IMG/VR virus record: IMGVR_UViG_3300025889_000117
Span: 1 to 63,203 of that record
From: a virus
Lineage: Duplodnaviria; Caudoviricetes
Length of the DNA: 63,203 nucleotides
Direction: 5' to 3' (one strand)
A model generated the notes under the pieces. That model had not been told where the DNA came from. It worked only from the letters and a program-made list of their open reading frames with translations, and made no database searches. A program made the translations under genes and the position numbers. This document shows, piece after piece, positions 39,057 through 49,914 of the stretch (positions are counted from its first letter, which is position 1; every line of letters begins with the position of its first letter).

Positions 39057-40202
39057 TTATAAATCATATTTCTTATAAAGATTTTTTAAATATAAAACTG
39101 TATCATGTTGTTGTAGTGCTTTTCTGATTTCATCAGCACCGTATAATTTTATAAGAGCATTTACTGGTGGTAATAGATCATCTTTCTTAACTTCATTTTT
39201 CTTTCTAGCTTCTTCTTCTTTTTCTTCAGCCATTCCCGGAATATGATCTTTTTTAGTTTCAACATATTCTTTTAATCTTGTATAGTAATCCGGAACTTCT
39301 TGTAAATGATCTCTAGCTATTTGTTCTGCAACTGTAGGATCATTTGTGTGTTCCATTTCTACTTTAATTCCCATTTCTAATTGTTTTTCATCATATTTTT
39401 TTAATGGGTTTTTTATATGAGGTATTTCTTTTAATTGGTCATTAATCTGTTTTGGACTAGTAGTTGCCATTCCTACTGCCTCAGATCTCGTAACTGCCGC
39501 TCTTCCTACCAGTGTTTCTCCTTTTTCTAATTCATCTTCAGGTTTATCAAATTGTTCTAAATCTTCATCGTTGTTGTCAATATCTACATCGACTTCCCTA
39601 TTAGTTCCTTTTTCAAAACAACATTGTAAAGTATGACATTTTATAAACTCTCTACCATTTTCTTCTTGTATCATTTCCTGATCTAATCCCACTGCTTTAG
39701 CAAATGTATTAACTGATTCTATTACCGCAAATGGATTTGCAGGTGTAGTACATAATGCAATTTCATATAATTCTAGTTTTCTTAATTCTAATGCTGTTTT
39801 TCCATTTTTTATAATAGGCTCTCTTTCTTTACTAGCACCACCCATTGATAACCCTGCATATTCACCTTTTACTACTTTTTCCCATACTTTATCATATAAT
39901 GTTACACCGTCTTTTTTATAAACCTCTCCTGTAATCAATACGGTGGGTACTCCTTGATATTCAGATTGTTCATAATCTAAAACTCTTCCCACCATTCTAT
40001 TTGAATGAAAATCTGAAATAACTGGATTTACTTCCATAAATGTTTTCATAATGTCTAATACTTCTTTGACAAAAATAAACTCATTTTGTCTATCAATAAC
40101 TTCTGCTGTTATATGTCCTTTAAATATTCTTTTACCATTTTCATTTTTTTCTACTTCTATTCCTTTTGTTATAAATTCTGAAAATGTAACATAATCAGTC
40201 AT
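39057..40202 (-). CDS. HK97-type prohead protease with C-terminal DUF5661-like module
   Basis: DRQNE, FHSN..VG, GLSMGG, LYEIAL...PANP; then QLEMGIKVEMEHT...IARDHL.E.PDYYTRL. Confidence 0.88.
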   Translation of the reverse strand: MTDYVTFSEFITKGIEVEKNENGKRIFKGHITAEVIDRQNEFIFVKEVLDIMKTFMEVNPVISDFHSNRMVGRVLDYEQSEYQGVPTVLITGEVYKKDGVTLYDKVWEKVVKGEYAGLSMGGASKEREPIIKNGKTALELRKLELYEIALCTTPANPFAVIESVNTFAKAVGLDQEMIQEENGREFIKCHTLQCCFEKGTNREVDVDIDNNDEDLEQFDKPEDELEKGETLVGRAAVTRSEAVGMATTSPKQINDQLKEIPHIKNPLKKYDEKQLEMGIKVEMEHTNDPTVAEQIARDHLQEVPDYYTRLKEYVETKKDHIPGMAEEKEEEARKKNEVKKDDLLPPVNALIKLYGADEIRKALQQHDTVLYLKNLYKKYDL

Positions 40203-40244
40203 ATATAAACCAATATTTAATCATATAAAAATATTAAGGTTGGT

Positions 40245-40487
40245 CTATGATTGTGCGACCGTAGAACCATTTGCCTGACCAGCTCGTATTCCTAGATAAG
40301 TTAATCCTGAACCTACCAAGATACCAAAGACAAAACTAAAGATAGTCTCAAATTGTCCTTGTGTCATTTGTACTTCTGGATCATATAATAGTCCTTTAAT
40401 GGCACCCCAACTAACGAAAGCAATAATTGCTATCATTGACATACCGACTATTAATAAAGCCAAATTGTTTTTCTCAAACGTAGCCAT
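40245..40487 (-). CDS. Two-TM membrane protein (holin-like)
   Basis: Two hydrophobic helices in 80 aa. Confidence 0.55.
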   Translation of the reverse strand: MATFEKNNLALLIVGMSMIAIIAFVSWGAIKGLLYDPEVQMTQGQFETIFSFVFGILVGSGLTYLGIRAGQANGSTVAQS

Positions 40488-40536
40488 TAAATTGATAAAA
40501 AGAAACGATTATATAAAAGTTTGGCTCTATTCATGT

Positions 40537-41118
40537 ATGGATTTTTATGTATATGATAATATATACACATTTAATAAAAGAAACCCATTTACGCATACGG
40601 TTAATAATAGATTAAATATAAATAAAATAGAGATACAAAAAAACCATTCATTTTGGTTTTATACTGATATGAATCATATAGTTGATAATATAAATATCAA
40701 TAAAAGATATGTTCATATACATCCGGGAATTGGTAAAACAAATAAACCAAGTTTTGATGGTGAACCTTATAATGTCAACAGAAGTAATCTCTATTATAAT
40801 CCAAAAGAAAAAAGAATAGAGATAGGTGGTGGGTTTTTAAGAAAACCAATGTTTGCTAAAAAATGCGTGTATTTAGGAAGTATAATACCAAAGAAAAAAA
40901 TGAGTATATTAGGAGAATGGTTATATGATTTTGGTCAAAACACAGTTAGTTTTATACTTGATTATAATCCCCAAAAAATAAAATTCACATGGGAAGATAT
41001 TGATGATGAACCTAGCAGGGCTGAACAATTAACAAAAATAGCGAAATTAGAAATAGAAATAAAGGAAAAAGAGAAACTTATCGCCCAGCGAAACGTTGAT
41101 CGTGTGTTTGATCCCTAG
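40537..41118 (+). CDS. Hypothetical protein on the opposite strand (start moved to MDFYVY)
   Basis: TTATATAA ~25 nt upstream of ATG 40537. Confidence 0.6.
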   Translation: MDFYVYDNIYTFNKRNPFTHTVNNRLNINKIEIQKNHSFWFYTDMNHIVDNININKRYVHIHPGIGKTNKPSFDGEPYNVNRSNLYYNPKEKRIEIGGGFLRKPMFAKKCVYLGSIIPKKKMSILGEWLYDFGQNTVSFILDYNPQKIKFTWEDIDDEPSRAEQLTKIAKLEIEIKEKEKLIAQRNVDRVFDP

Positions 41119-41617
41119 AAAAACCATTACCTAGTATAGCGTTCATATCTTTACCAAATACTTTTCTGCGTTTACGATCATCAGGTGCAGTATGTAATCT
41201 ACCGCCTGCCTTTCTATAATTACTATGAATAAGTGAAATTCTGTGCATACAGGTTGTACAAAATGATGCATTGATTTGCCAACATTCATCAAATTTCCAA
41301 GTTTCACATTTATCACAAAGCTCCCAATTATGTTTTCTAACATTTATACACAAAAGTCCCTCATGTCCTCTTTTTTCCATACATTCTGCACACATATACA
41401 CTAATGTACTTAACACTTGATCTACTTTACTACAGCCGTAACAATAGCCTTCAGAATAAGTATTGATTTTTGTAAATTCATCTGATTGTACAGCCTCACG
41501 AAGTTTTTTAGTATGTATATTTTCTTTACCAGCACGTTCTTTTAAATCATTTATTTGTATTCTATCTTTTTGATCAAGTCCATCTTTAACCCATCCAAAT
41601 CTCTTACTTTCGCTCAT
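41078..41617 (-). CDS. Multi-CxxC zinc-binding protein
   Basis: CYGC, CAEC, CDKC, CTTC. Confidence 0.7.
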   Translation of the reverse strand: MSESKRFGWVKDGLDQKDRIQINDLKERAGKENIHTKKLREAVQSDEFTKINTYSEGYCYGCSKVDQVLSTLVYMCAECMEKRGHEGLLCINVRKHNWELCDKCETWKFDECWQINASFCTTCMHRISLIHSNYRKAGGRLHTAPDDRKRRKVFGKDMNAILGNGFSRDQTHDQRFAGR

Positions 41618-41918
41618 TTTTTTTCTCCCATTCTTCGTATCTCTTTTTCATCTCACACAGTTGACATATATAAGCATATGAGGGTTCATGGCAAATTTCA
41701 CAATGATTAATGTTTCTAAGAAAATCTTTACTAAAAGTAAATGATTTTTTTAGTCCCTCAATAAATCCTGAAAATATACTCATATTCCATGTATCTCCTT
41801 TAATATGAATAATACTCTTTCATCTGCTATACCCATTGAACTAAAATGTCTAACAATATCATATGCTGTTGCATATCTATTTTGATTAATAAAAATTAAC
41901 ACCATTTCAAGTAATTCA

Positions 41919-42572
41919 CTATTTGATACCATTTATTATTTCGATCTCCTTTATTATATTTAAGATTTCTAAGTCACTTATCACAGCTATATCATCATCA
42001 TTATAACGCTTATAAACTCTTAATCTGTCTCTAATTTCAGATAATAATACTACCCCGACTCTATTTTGCTCTTCTAACTTTACCCAAGTTTTGACGGTTA
42101 TCGGGGTATAATTATGCTCAGAAACTATTGTTTTTAAATTTAATGTATTTGAAATAATGTTTTTAATACTTGATAAAACATTTAAATTTTCTATTTTTTC
42201 ATCATTTATATTATAATTAATTGATAATTTATTATTATCGTTTTGTTTAATTTCACTTATAACATTAATGTCATCTTTATTAACATAATCAAATTTATTT
42301 AACACTAATATAGAGAATTTTTTATTTGTTTTTTTATTACATATTATATTTAATCCTACATTTATATCAAAATCAAATTCCTTTTCTTCATAAGGTTTTA
42401 TTTTTACATTTTTCCATTTTGATTTTGGTTGAGAAAATACAGGGTTATAAACTCCGGGAGTTGTTGTAAGAAATCCATTTATAATATCAAGTATTTCTTC
42501 TACAGTGCCAATACCGTATTTTTTAAAGAAAGTAAATAATCCACTTACGTTAGGAATTATATTAAATGGCAT
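41919..42572 (-). CDS. Hypothetical Asn/Ile-rich protein, possible fibre shaft
   Basis: Low-complexity periodic region; follows adhesin genes. Confidence 0.5.
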   Translation of the reverse strand: MPFNIIPNVSGLFTFFKKYGIGTVEEILDIINGFLTTTPGVYNPVFSQPKSKWKNVKIKPYEEKEFDFDINVGLNIICNKKTNKKFSILVLNKFDYVNKDDINVISEIKQNDNNKLSINYNINDEKIENLNVLSSIKNIISNTLNLKTIVSEHNYTPITVKTWVKLEEQNRVGVVLLSEIRDRLRVYKRYNDDDIAVISDLEILNIIKEIEIINGIK

Positions 42573-42573
42573 T

Positions 42574-44736
42574 TTACTTTGTCCTAATATACTGTCTTAC
42601 TTTTGTTATATCAAACGTTTGTGTACCTGAAGAATCTCTAGTTTCAAACTCAAATAATGTTGTACCACCAGTTTTACCGTTTTTATCATATATTTTTAAT
42701 AATCCCGGACTAACCCATTCTTGTTCATTAAACATTAATTCTTGTATTTCTTTAGCTCTTAATGATATTTCAGCATCAACTGTAAAGTCACCTTGATCTC
42801 TTACCCTTCCTAGAGTATTTTGAGCAATTACACAACCATCATCAATTACAACCCTAGATACATCAGTTCCTACATCTACTCCATATCCACCATTGTGAGT
42901 TATAATACAGTTTTCAATGTGAATGTTATCACAAGCACCTACACCAGTTGAAGTTATATCTATACCATCACCAATACTTTTATTGATTTTTGTATCTTTG
43001 ATTAACAAATCATCTGAATTGTCCACTTGGATTCCTGTTGCACAGCCTTCGAAAAAGCAAGAATAAAGCTCATTGTAGTTTCTTCCATTACTTCTAAAAC
43101 CTGCTCCTGTTACATTTGTAAAGATAAGACGCTTTAACATGAGATCACCACCACTATTGTGTTCTATTCCATTGAATGTACCAACTATATCTCTATGATC
43201 TATTTCAAAATCAGATATTTCACAATGGTGTGCTGAAACAGTAATTGCTACACCTGTTGTTGGTCTAAACTTTGTATGCGATCCAAGACCTCTAAGATGA
43301 ACCGAGTTTTTACTAATTACTACATTTTCTGTCATTGAAACGTGAGTTACGTTTGGATCTGGAATTCTAAGATAAACAATATCATCATTACCAGCAATTA
43401 TAAGATTATCATGAATACTCTGAAATGTAAATCTTGGTGTTAATTCCGTTAAACCATCATTTAAATCATTACCATAAAGTGGATCCCAGTAATACACATT
43501 ACCTGCACCACCGTTTTCACTCAAGGTTTCTACGGATTGTGCAACGTTCAAAATATCTTGCTTGATGTTAAGTTCTGCATCTATTGTATTTGTACCATTA
43601 TCAAGCAATCTACCAAGTCCATTTTCTCTAATGTTGTTATCATTGTGAATCATGAACTCGTTTACCAGTGTTCCAACTTTAATTTGATAACCAGCATTTG
43701 AGTGAATGATACAATTTCTTAAAATGTTCTTATCAGAAGCAGATAAAGAGGTAGCTGTAAGTTCTATACCATTATTTCCACAATCAACGATTGCACATTT
43801 TTCAATTTCATTAAAGAATGAATCGTTCATTAGAATACCATCATTTGTTCCTACACCTATTTTACAGTTGAAAATTTTATTTGAGTTATTATTACTTAAT
43901 TTAATCCCATTATCTGTAAAAGCAATAACTGTTAGATTTGCAAGATAAGTTCTATCTCCAGTAACTAATACGTTATCATTTGTACCTGAACCTGCACCTT
44001 GTATTTGCATATTATTTAATTCACAGTTTGAACCAGTGATTTCTATTGTTGGTTTTGTATTATCTGTCGGAGATAAAATCATATTTCTACCAGTAGATCT
44101 TAAATGAATATTATTTTTAGAAATAAGTAAACTTTCAGTAACGGTGTAAGTACCAACAACATCAGGAGTAGCTAATACAATAAGATCATCTCCACCATTT
44201 GTACATAAATCATGTGCTTTTGTAAAAGTTTTAACAGCGTTTTCTTTTGATTTTCCGTTATTTGCATTATTTCCCGAAAATGGATTCCAGTAATATGTAG
44301 TACCAATAGCTGTTGATTCATTCTGAAATTCAACTTTATAATCCAAGTTTTCAAGTGTTTGAGCATTTGCTAATGATGATACTGTAGATTCTGCAAGTAA
44401 CCATGTTACATTAACAGGTGTCCCTAACGGAAATCCACTTGTTGCAGCTAAAACACCTTTTGAAAATCTAACTTTATGTTGCGATCCTTGATCTTCTACC
44501 CATATAGTCCATCCATCTTGCATGATCATAACAACACCAGTTCTATCTCCCAATGGTAATAGATCAAATCCTGACCATTTAAAAACTGCATTTAAGTCTA
44601 TATGAGGTGAATATTGTAATTCTTCCTTAATGTAAGAACCTAATTCCTGTATTGAATATTCAGTTTCAGTTCCCGGTGAAACACCTAGATAAATACGCTT
44701 TTGTGGTTCATCAAGACGTATGATACCTTTTGCCAT
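42574..44736 (-). CDS. Protein with two tandem right-handed beta-helix (pectin lyase-like) domains
   Basis: Duplicated YYW.P..GND.N.G leader, each followed by I.NC.I / N.G.GI repeats. Confidence 0.8.
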   Translation of the reverse strand: MAKGIIRLDEPQKRIYLGVSPGTETEYSIQELGSYIKEELQYSPHIDLNAVFKWSGFDLLPLGDRTGVVMIMQDGWTIWVEDQGSQHKVRFSKGVLAATSGFPLGTPVNVTWLLAESTVSSLANAQTLENLDYKVEFQNESTAIGTTYYWNPFSGNNANNGKSKENAVKTFTKAHDLCTNGGDDLIVLATPDVVGTYTVTESLLISKNNIHLRSTGRNMILSPTDNTKPTIEITGSNCELNNMQIQGAGSGTNDNVLVTGDRTYLANLTVIAFTDNGIKLSNNNSNKIFNCKIGVGTNDGILMNDSFFNEIEKCAIVDCGNNGIELTATSLSASDKNILRNCIIHSNAGYQIKVGTLVNEFMIHNDNNIRENGLGRLLDNGTNTIDAELNIKQDILNVAQSVETLSENGGAGNVYYWDPLYGNDLNDGLTELTPRFTFQSIHDNLIIAGNDDIVYLRIPDPNVTHVSMTENVVISKNSVHLRGLGSHTKFRPTTGVAITVSAHHCEISDFEIDHRDIVGTFNGIEHNSGGDLMLKRLIFTNVTGAGFRSNGRNYNELYSCFFEGCATGIQVDNSDDLLIKDTKINKSIGDGIDITSTGVGACDNIHIENCIITHNGGYGVDVGTDVSRVVIDDGCVIAQNTLGRVRDQGDFTVDAEISLRAKEIQELMFNEQEWVSPGLLKIYDKNGKTGGTTLFEFETRDSSGTQTFDITKVRQYIRTK

Positions 44737-44768
44737 GATAAAGATATAAATAGCTTATATAAAAATAT

Positions 44769-47549
44769 CTATGTCGGTGAATATATACTATCTGCCTGTC
44801 TAACCGCACCGACAGATATACCTGCACTTGTTATTGTACCTGTAGTGTCAAAATCTACAATAGATGTGTTTCTTACTCTAATAACCACATTTCTATTTGA
44901 TACGAATGTTAATACTTCTGATTCTGAAGTTGCATTTGCCACCCTATCAATATATGGTATATAACCTGTATCTGATCCCGAAGCATATGATATTGCTAAT
45001 ACATTGGAATCCCAAGTATCACCTGCTTCCCATGTATTATCTGTTCCACCTTCTAATGTTGTAGTTATAACAAGATCGGTATCAATTTCTTTAATCCATG
45101 CGTATGATCCATCTGTTGTATTTCTTATAACATCTCCAACTTCTAAAGTGCCTAAATGAATACCTGTATCATTAAGTTGAATTGAAGTTCCAGCTGAAGT
45201 TGCTGTTCCAGTATCACCTGTTGCAAGTGTTACAGTTGTACCTGTATAAGATGTTCCTCTATATCTTAATTCTTTGTTTTCAGGAGATGTACTAGTAATA
45301 TCAACTAACTTAACTACAATATTATCTCCACTTCCAGTAGGTGTATCATTTGGTAATGAGGCATTAAATATAATGGAAGTGTTACCTGCTGTATTTCCAG
45401 CACCTAATGTAAATTGAGATTTATCTTCTTGACCAGTACCATCATCTAATACCACTTCAACGTGATCACCTGATATTAAGTTAGTTAGTGATACAGATAT
45501 ACTTGCAAATGGTGCATTTTTAGATCCATCTGTTGCAGTTAAAGTATAATTGTTAGCATCTCCGCTTGCTATATTAATTAAAGCCCAGCCTTGACCTGTT
45601 GTAATAGCAGCTCCCGGTTTTACGGCAATACGAGAATCTGCTGATTGATCTGTTGGATTGTTTGCAGGGGTATCTTCATCAGTAAATGCTCTAAAAAATT
45701 CTTCACCTTGTATTGCTTGTAGAATTAAAGTACCTGCACCTAATTCTTGTTTCATCATATTAAGTTCTCTATCTTGATCAGGATCAGAGTTTCTAGAATT
45801 TGGATCTGTGTTTCCAGCTGTAGCTCTAGCTTGTTGGAAATATTTTATATAATGAAATACTTCTGTTGCTGTTCTGTTATTACAGTTTATAAGACCATAA
45901 TAACTTTTTGCTGATTGTAATGGAAGTGTATATTGTAAAGTTGACACTCTTGTTGATGCTGAAACTGTAGTTGTATCTGCTGAATCATCATCATCAATAG
46001 AGTTAGTAGGATCAAATGCTGTGGTGTTATTTAAAGATACAATTATAGATGTTCCATCTGGAATCTCTAATATAGTTCCTTTTGCACCTGAAGTTTGCTG
46101 AGTAATGTTATCACCGATTGCGAATGAGGTACTAGAACCTACTGTAAGATCAAATGCCGCTAGTTTAATTTGAATATCATCTAAGTCAAATGCTAATCTA
46201 CTATAAGAAGTAGTTACAAAATCTGCTGTAACATCTACACCTGTACCTGTGATATTATCGTTATCTGAAAAATCGGTATAATAAGTAGAATCTGCTTTTA
46301 GATCATGATTTGATTCACAAATTAAATAGGCTTGACCTGTACCTGTTTCAGTTAATGTTAAATGTCCTACTAGATATGCTTTTGCACCTGAAGTACCACC
46401 TGTGAGTATATTACCATAATCTACTTCATCTGCTTGTGATGTTTCTGCATCAATAGTGATTAATTGTCCACCAACTGTTCCTCTAGTTGTTCCAGTTCCA
46501 CCCCCACTAAAAGTAACGGCAGTGTCGTTTGTAGGATAAGATGTTAATCCTCTTAACTGAACTACTCCATTTGTAGAGTTTGCACCTTCAATAAATGAAA
46601 CTACTTCTGCTGAATCTGCTGTTCCCCAAGTCATTTCTTCACCTGCGATTGGATCTGTTGTATTTCTACCATCAATGGCTAACCATACTTCACCAATAGT
46701 ATCTTCAGTATCGTTTGATTGTGCGATTGGTACAGAAATTCTACCACCTGCTGAAATATCAATAGCGAAATCTGCGAATTTGAAAAGTCCTTGACGACCG
46801 TAAACTCTAATTTCACCTACTGGATTACCTAATGTGGTTCCGGAATCTTTAATTCTAATTAATACGTCTAATGCACCTCTGTCTGAGTTAAGTAAAGTTG
46901 GATCTGGATCATCATTCCATCCTTCATTACGTCTAGCATTACCGCCAAAATCACCAGTTGTTAAGTCACTTGTATATACATACATGAGTGGTTGTTGACC
47001 AGTTGAGCTTAAATCACCGATTGTGTTAATGTTAGTCCAAAGATCTTGTGTATCATCTACTGAGGCATTACTTGCATCTGAAGTACCTGCACCTGTACCA
47101 GTAGTAATAGCCATAGTTGAAGCAGCTGCGACAGAAGTTACAGTGCCGTTAGTTCTAACCCACCATACTTTTCTTGTATTGTCAAAATCTACTAATTGAC
47201 CAATACCAACGGCATCATCTGTGACTGTTTTTCCTATATCTGATTCAATAACGTTAGTATAACCTGCTGTTTGAAGTGTGATTTTTTCAATTTCATTTGT
47301 TCCATAATTAGCAGTAATAGAGCCATTTTTTAATCTTCTAATTGAATCTGTTCTTAAATACCACCCATTTTTTAGTGTAAAATTAGTAGGAGTATTTGCT
47401 GTCCATGCAAAGTCATCATCAATGTTTGCTGATAATTTAAATTGTTCTTTAGAATATGAATATAATACAGATACGTCATATACAGTTGTGCCTGTAACAC
47501 TAATAATCTTATTAGTAAAATCTATAGTTGTATCTGAACTAATAGGCAT
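44769..47549 (-). CDS. Large T/G/D-rich virion structural/adhesin protein
   Basis: 926 aa beta-rich; repeated G..LT..TSGAK. Confidence 0.7.
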   Translation of the reverse strand: MPISSDTTIDFTNKIISVTGTTVYDVSVLYSYSKEQFKLSANIDDDFAWTANTPTNFTLKNGWYLRTDSIRRLKNGSITANYGTNEIEKITLQTAGYTNVIESDIGKTVTDDAVGIGQLVDFDNTRKVWWVRTNGTVTSVAAASTMAITTGTGAGTSDASNASVDDTQDLWTNINTIGDLSSTGQQPLMYVYTSDLTTGDFGGNARRNEGWNDDPDPTLLNSDRGALDVLIRIKDSGTTLGNPVGEIRVYGRQGLFKFADFAIDISAGGRISVPIAQSNDTEDTIGEVWLAIDGRNTTDPIAGEEMTWGTADSAEVVSFIEGANSTNGVVQLRGLTSYPTNDTAVTFSGGGTGTTRGTVGGQLITIDAETSQADEVDYGNILTGGTSGAKAYLVGHLTLTETGTGQAYLICESNHDLKADSTYYTDFSDNDNITGTGVDVTADFVTTSYSRLAFDLDDIQIKLAAFDLTVGSSTSFAIGDNITQQTSGAKGTILEIPDGTSIIVSLNNTTAFDPTNSIDDDDSADTTTVSASTRVSTLQYTLPLQSAKSYYGLINCNNRTATEVFHYIKYFQQARATAGNTDPNSRNSDPDQDRELNMMKQELGAGTLILQAIQGEEFFRAFTDEDTPANNPTDQSADSRIAVKPGAAITTGQGWALINIASGDANNYTLTATDGSKNAPFASISVSLTNLISGDHVEVVLDDGTGQEDKSQFTLGAGNTAGNTSIIFNASLPNDTPTGSGDNIVVKLVDITSTSPENKELRYRGTSYTGTTVTLATGDTGTATSAGTSIQLNDTGIHLGTLEVGDVIRNTTDGSYAWIKEIDTDLVITTTLEGGTDNTWEAGDTWDSNVLAISYASGSDTGYIPYIDRVANATSESEVLTFVSNRNVVIRVRNTSIVDFDTTGTITSAGISVGAVRQADSIYSPT

Positions 47550-47574
47550 ATAAAAACCTTTGTGTTATTAGTAT

Positions 47575-47805
47575 TTAAATATTATCTGTGTCTTTTTCCA
47601 TGTGTTTTTTATAAATGTTATCCATATAATTTTCCATATCATCTTTTGACATTCCTATGTATTTTTTATTATCTTCAAATGTTGCATCCCAGATTTCTTG
47701 TTTTCTTTCTTGTGAAAAGTTTCTTAGTGGATATTTTTTTCTAATTGATCGTTTTAATGCTAATTCTGAACTAAAAACTAGAGGAATGTTCTCTTCACCG
47801 TTCAT
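47575..47805 (-). CDS. Hypothetical protein
   Basis: ORF with upstream TTTATAA. Confidence 0.45.
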   Translation of the reverse strand: MNGEENIPLVFSSELALKRSIRKKYPLRNFSQERKQEIWDATFEDNKKYIGMSKDDMENYMDNIYKKHMEKDTDNI

Positions 47806-47835
47806 ATTTTATATGATTATAACTAGTTTATAAAC

Positions 47836-49497
47836 TTATGTTGGTGTATAAATATTATCATCTGTTAATGCAACAGTCTGAGTTAAACCTGTACTTGATG
47901 CAACTATGGCTGGAATTTTGACATTTATTTCATCTTCATCTCTTACTCTTATAAATACAGCACCAGTAAAAGAGGTTGTTCCACTTGCTATTCCTGAACC
48001 ATTTGTAACGGTGTTTAGTATTTCAGCATTATTGTCTTGCCTATGTATGCCAACTCTAGCACCCACCACAGGCGTAATAAAATCTTCCGCCTCAACTACC
48101 GTAACCTGAAGTGGTTGAGATGAAACTATAGTGATAGTACCGCCAAATCCACCATCACTTGTAGTTGGTGAGTCTGATCCATCAAGGACATTAACGGTTA
48201 ATAAACCAGTGGTATGATTATAACGTAAATCTGCTGTATTGTTAATAAATTTAATGTTTCTCAAATCTAATGTATTAGCACCATCAGTTTCCCATTCCAT
48301 AGCATGAACACAGTTCTGTATAATCATATCTCTAAATTCAGGATCAGTTGGGTTATCATTATGTATAACCGCACCTGTACCACTTGGAGCTGTACTGTTT
48401 GTAATGATACCATCTCTCCATTCTGATCCAGATCCTCTTATAAGAGATCTACAGTTTACTAATGTAACACTTACAGATTTAGCATTTGTTTGTGTCCATG
48501 TTATATCTCTAGCAGTATCAATAGTCATACCAAATAATTCTACAATGGCGTTTGTATTATCTGCTATAAAATCAAATCCAGCACCATCTGATTTTAAAAT
48601 ACCCCCTTGTGATCCTACTGAGTTTGGCGGTGTACCTGATTCTGCACCCCATCTTATTGTTTGTGTACCACTTGCATTTCCGGGAGCATTAATAAAAAAT
48701 CCACCATCATTCACTCTATGATTAGGAAAAATAACAGCTTCGTTTTGTGATGTTAAAGTTGCGGTTCCAGCAGCACTTCCAAGTGTAAGTGATCCGTTCA
48801 TTTGATATGCACCACCTAAATTAGAAATTACACCTAAATCAAATGCAGTTACATCTGCATATATTTCTGAAAATAAAGCACCACTTGTTGTTACAGTTCC
48901 ATCTACATTAATCATAGAAGTTCCATTTGTTATAGATGTTGCATCTAAGTGATTCATTTCATCTATAAATATAGTTTGAATGTTACCCATAATATCTGTT
49001 ATAACATCAAATTGAATTGCAAAATAATCAACAGCTGTCCAATCTATTGTTCCTGAAGTGCTATCAGGTGTGACACTAACATCTACAGTATAAGGTTGCC
49101 ATCCACCTGCATATACTTGACCGTTACTACCATCACCAGTTGCCACTTGCCATTCCACCCAATTACTTGCATCAGATCCTACTCTTAATGTTATTCCACC
49201 TGTAGTTGCAGTGTTGTTAAGTACAGAAGAAGTATTAGCCCAGAAAATGATCATACCAGCAGGGGTACCTGTATTATCAAAATCTATTGGTGTACTTCTA
49301 GTTATTTCCATTCCACCTCTAGCACCAGTAGCACCACCGTCTAATCTGCATGATATAGATCCAGATCCTACTCTAACAATATCTATCTGTGCTGTTAAAG
49401 AAGCTGCTGAACCAAGGGCTACCCATGTACCACCATTATCAGAAATGCCTTCCATATTGAAGGTTTCTGTCATATTATTAGTAACCGTTAATGCCAT
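47836..49497 (-). CDS. Virion adhesin-like protein (carbohydrate-binding-like N-term, beta-helix, transthyretin-like C-term)
   Basis: LRVGSD.SNW.EW, GGW..Y.VD, G.IDW..V; C-terminal VTV...PV.GARV...TNGSG. Confidence 0.65.
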   Translation of the reverse strand: MALTVTNNMTETFNMEGISDNGGTWVALGSAASLTAQIDIVRVGSGSISCRLDGGATGARGGMEITRSTPIDFDNTGTPAGMIIFWANTSSVLNNTATTGGITLRVGSDASNWVEWQVATGDGSNGQVYAGGWQPYTVDVSVTPDSTSGTIDWTAVDYFAIQFDVITDIMGNIQTIFIDEMNHLDATSITNGTSMINVDGTVTTSGALFSEIYADVTAFDLGVISNLGGAYQMNGSLTLGSAAGTATLTSQNEAVIFPNHRVNDGGFFINAPGNASGTQTIRWGAESGTPPNSVGSQGGILKSDGAGFDFIADNTNAIVELFGMTIDTARDITWTQTNAKSVSVTLVNCRSLIRGSGSEWRDGIITNSTAPSGTGAVIHNDNPTDPEFRDMIIQNCVHAMEWETDGANTLDLRNIKFINNTADLRYNHTTGLLTVNVLDGSDSPTTSDGGFGGTITIVSSQPLQVTVVEAEDFITPVVGARVGIHRQDNNAEILNTVTNGSGIASGTTSFTGAVFIRVRDEDEINVKIPAIVASSTGLTQTVALTDDNIYTPT

Positions 49498-49911
49498 TTA
49501 TAAGAACCTACCCCAAATTGCAGATAAACATTCTACAGCCCATAAATCTTTTGCAGGTAATTTAACATTATAATCTGCATTGTTATAATCTAATCCATTA
49601 CTGTCACTTCCAAATATATAAACAACATTATTTGGTTCTTTATATTCTATAAAGTCAGTGTTTCCATTGGGAGTGAAATAGACTTGTTTACATTGGGGGT
49701 AATTTTTTTTAAGTAAATCTAAAGCCTCAGAAAATGAATCTACTCTATGACCTGTAATTGATTTTGTTTCTGTCCAATTAGGAACTATTCGTTGTTGATC
49801 TATCATTATATAAAAATCATATTTCATTTTATCTATAGTGTTTGTCCATGCAATAGGATCTCCCCAAATTGATAAATGTTCAGGTTCACTGAAAAATATT
49901 ACTCCTTTCAT
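49498..49911 (-). CDS. Minimal SPOUT-fold (TrmH/TrmL-like) methyltransferase-like protein
   Basis: P.NVVYIFGSDSNGL...D..VKLP...LWAV.CLS matches the trefoil-knot motifs FG.E..GL...V.IP...LN. Confidence 0.6.
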   Translation of the reverse strand: MKGVIFFSEPEHLSIWGDPIAWTNTIDKMKYDFYIMIDQQRIVPNWTETKSITGHRVDSFSEALDLLKKNYPQCKQVYFTPNGNTDFIEYKEPNNVVYIFGSDSNGLDYNNADYNVKLPAKDLWAVECLSAIWGRFL

Positions 49912-49914
49912 TTA

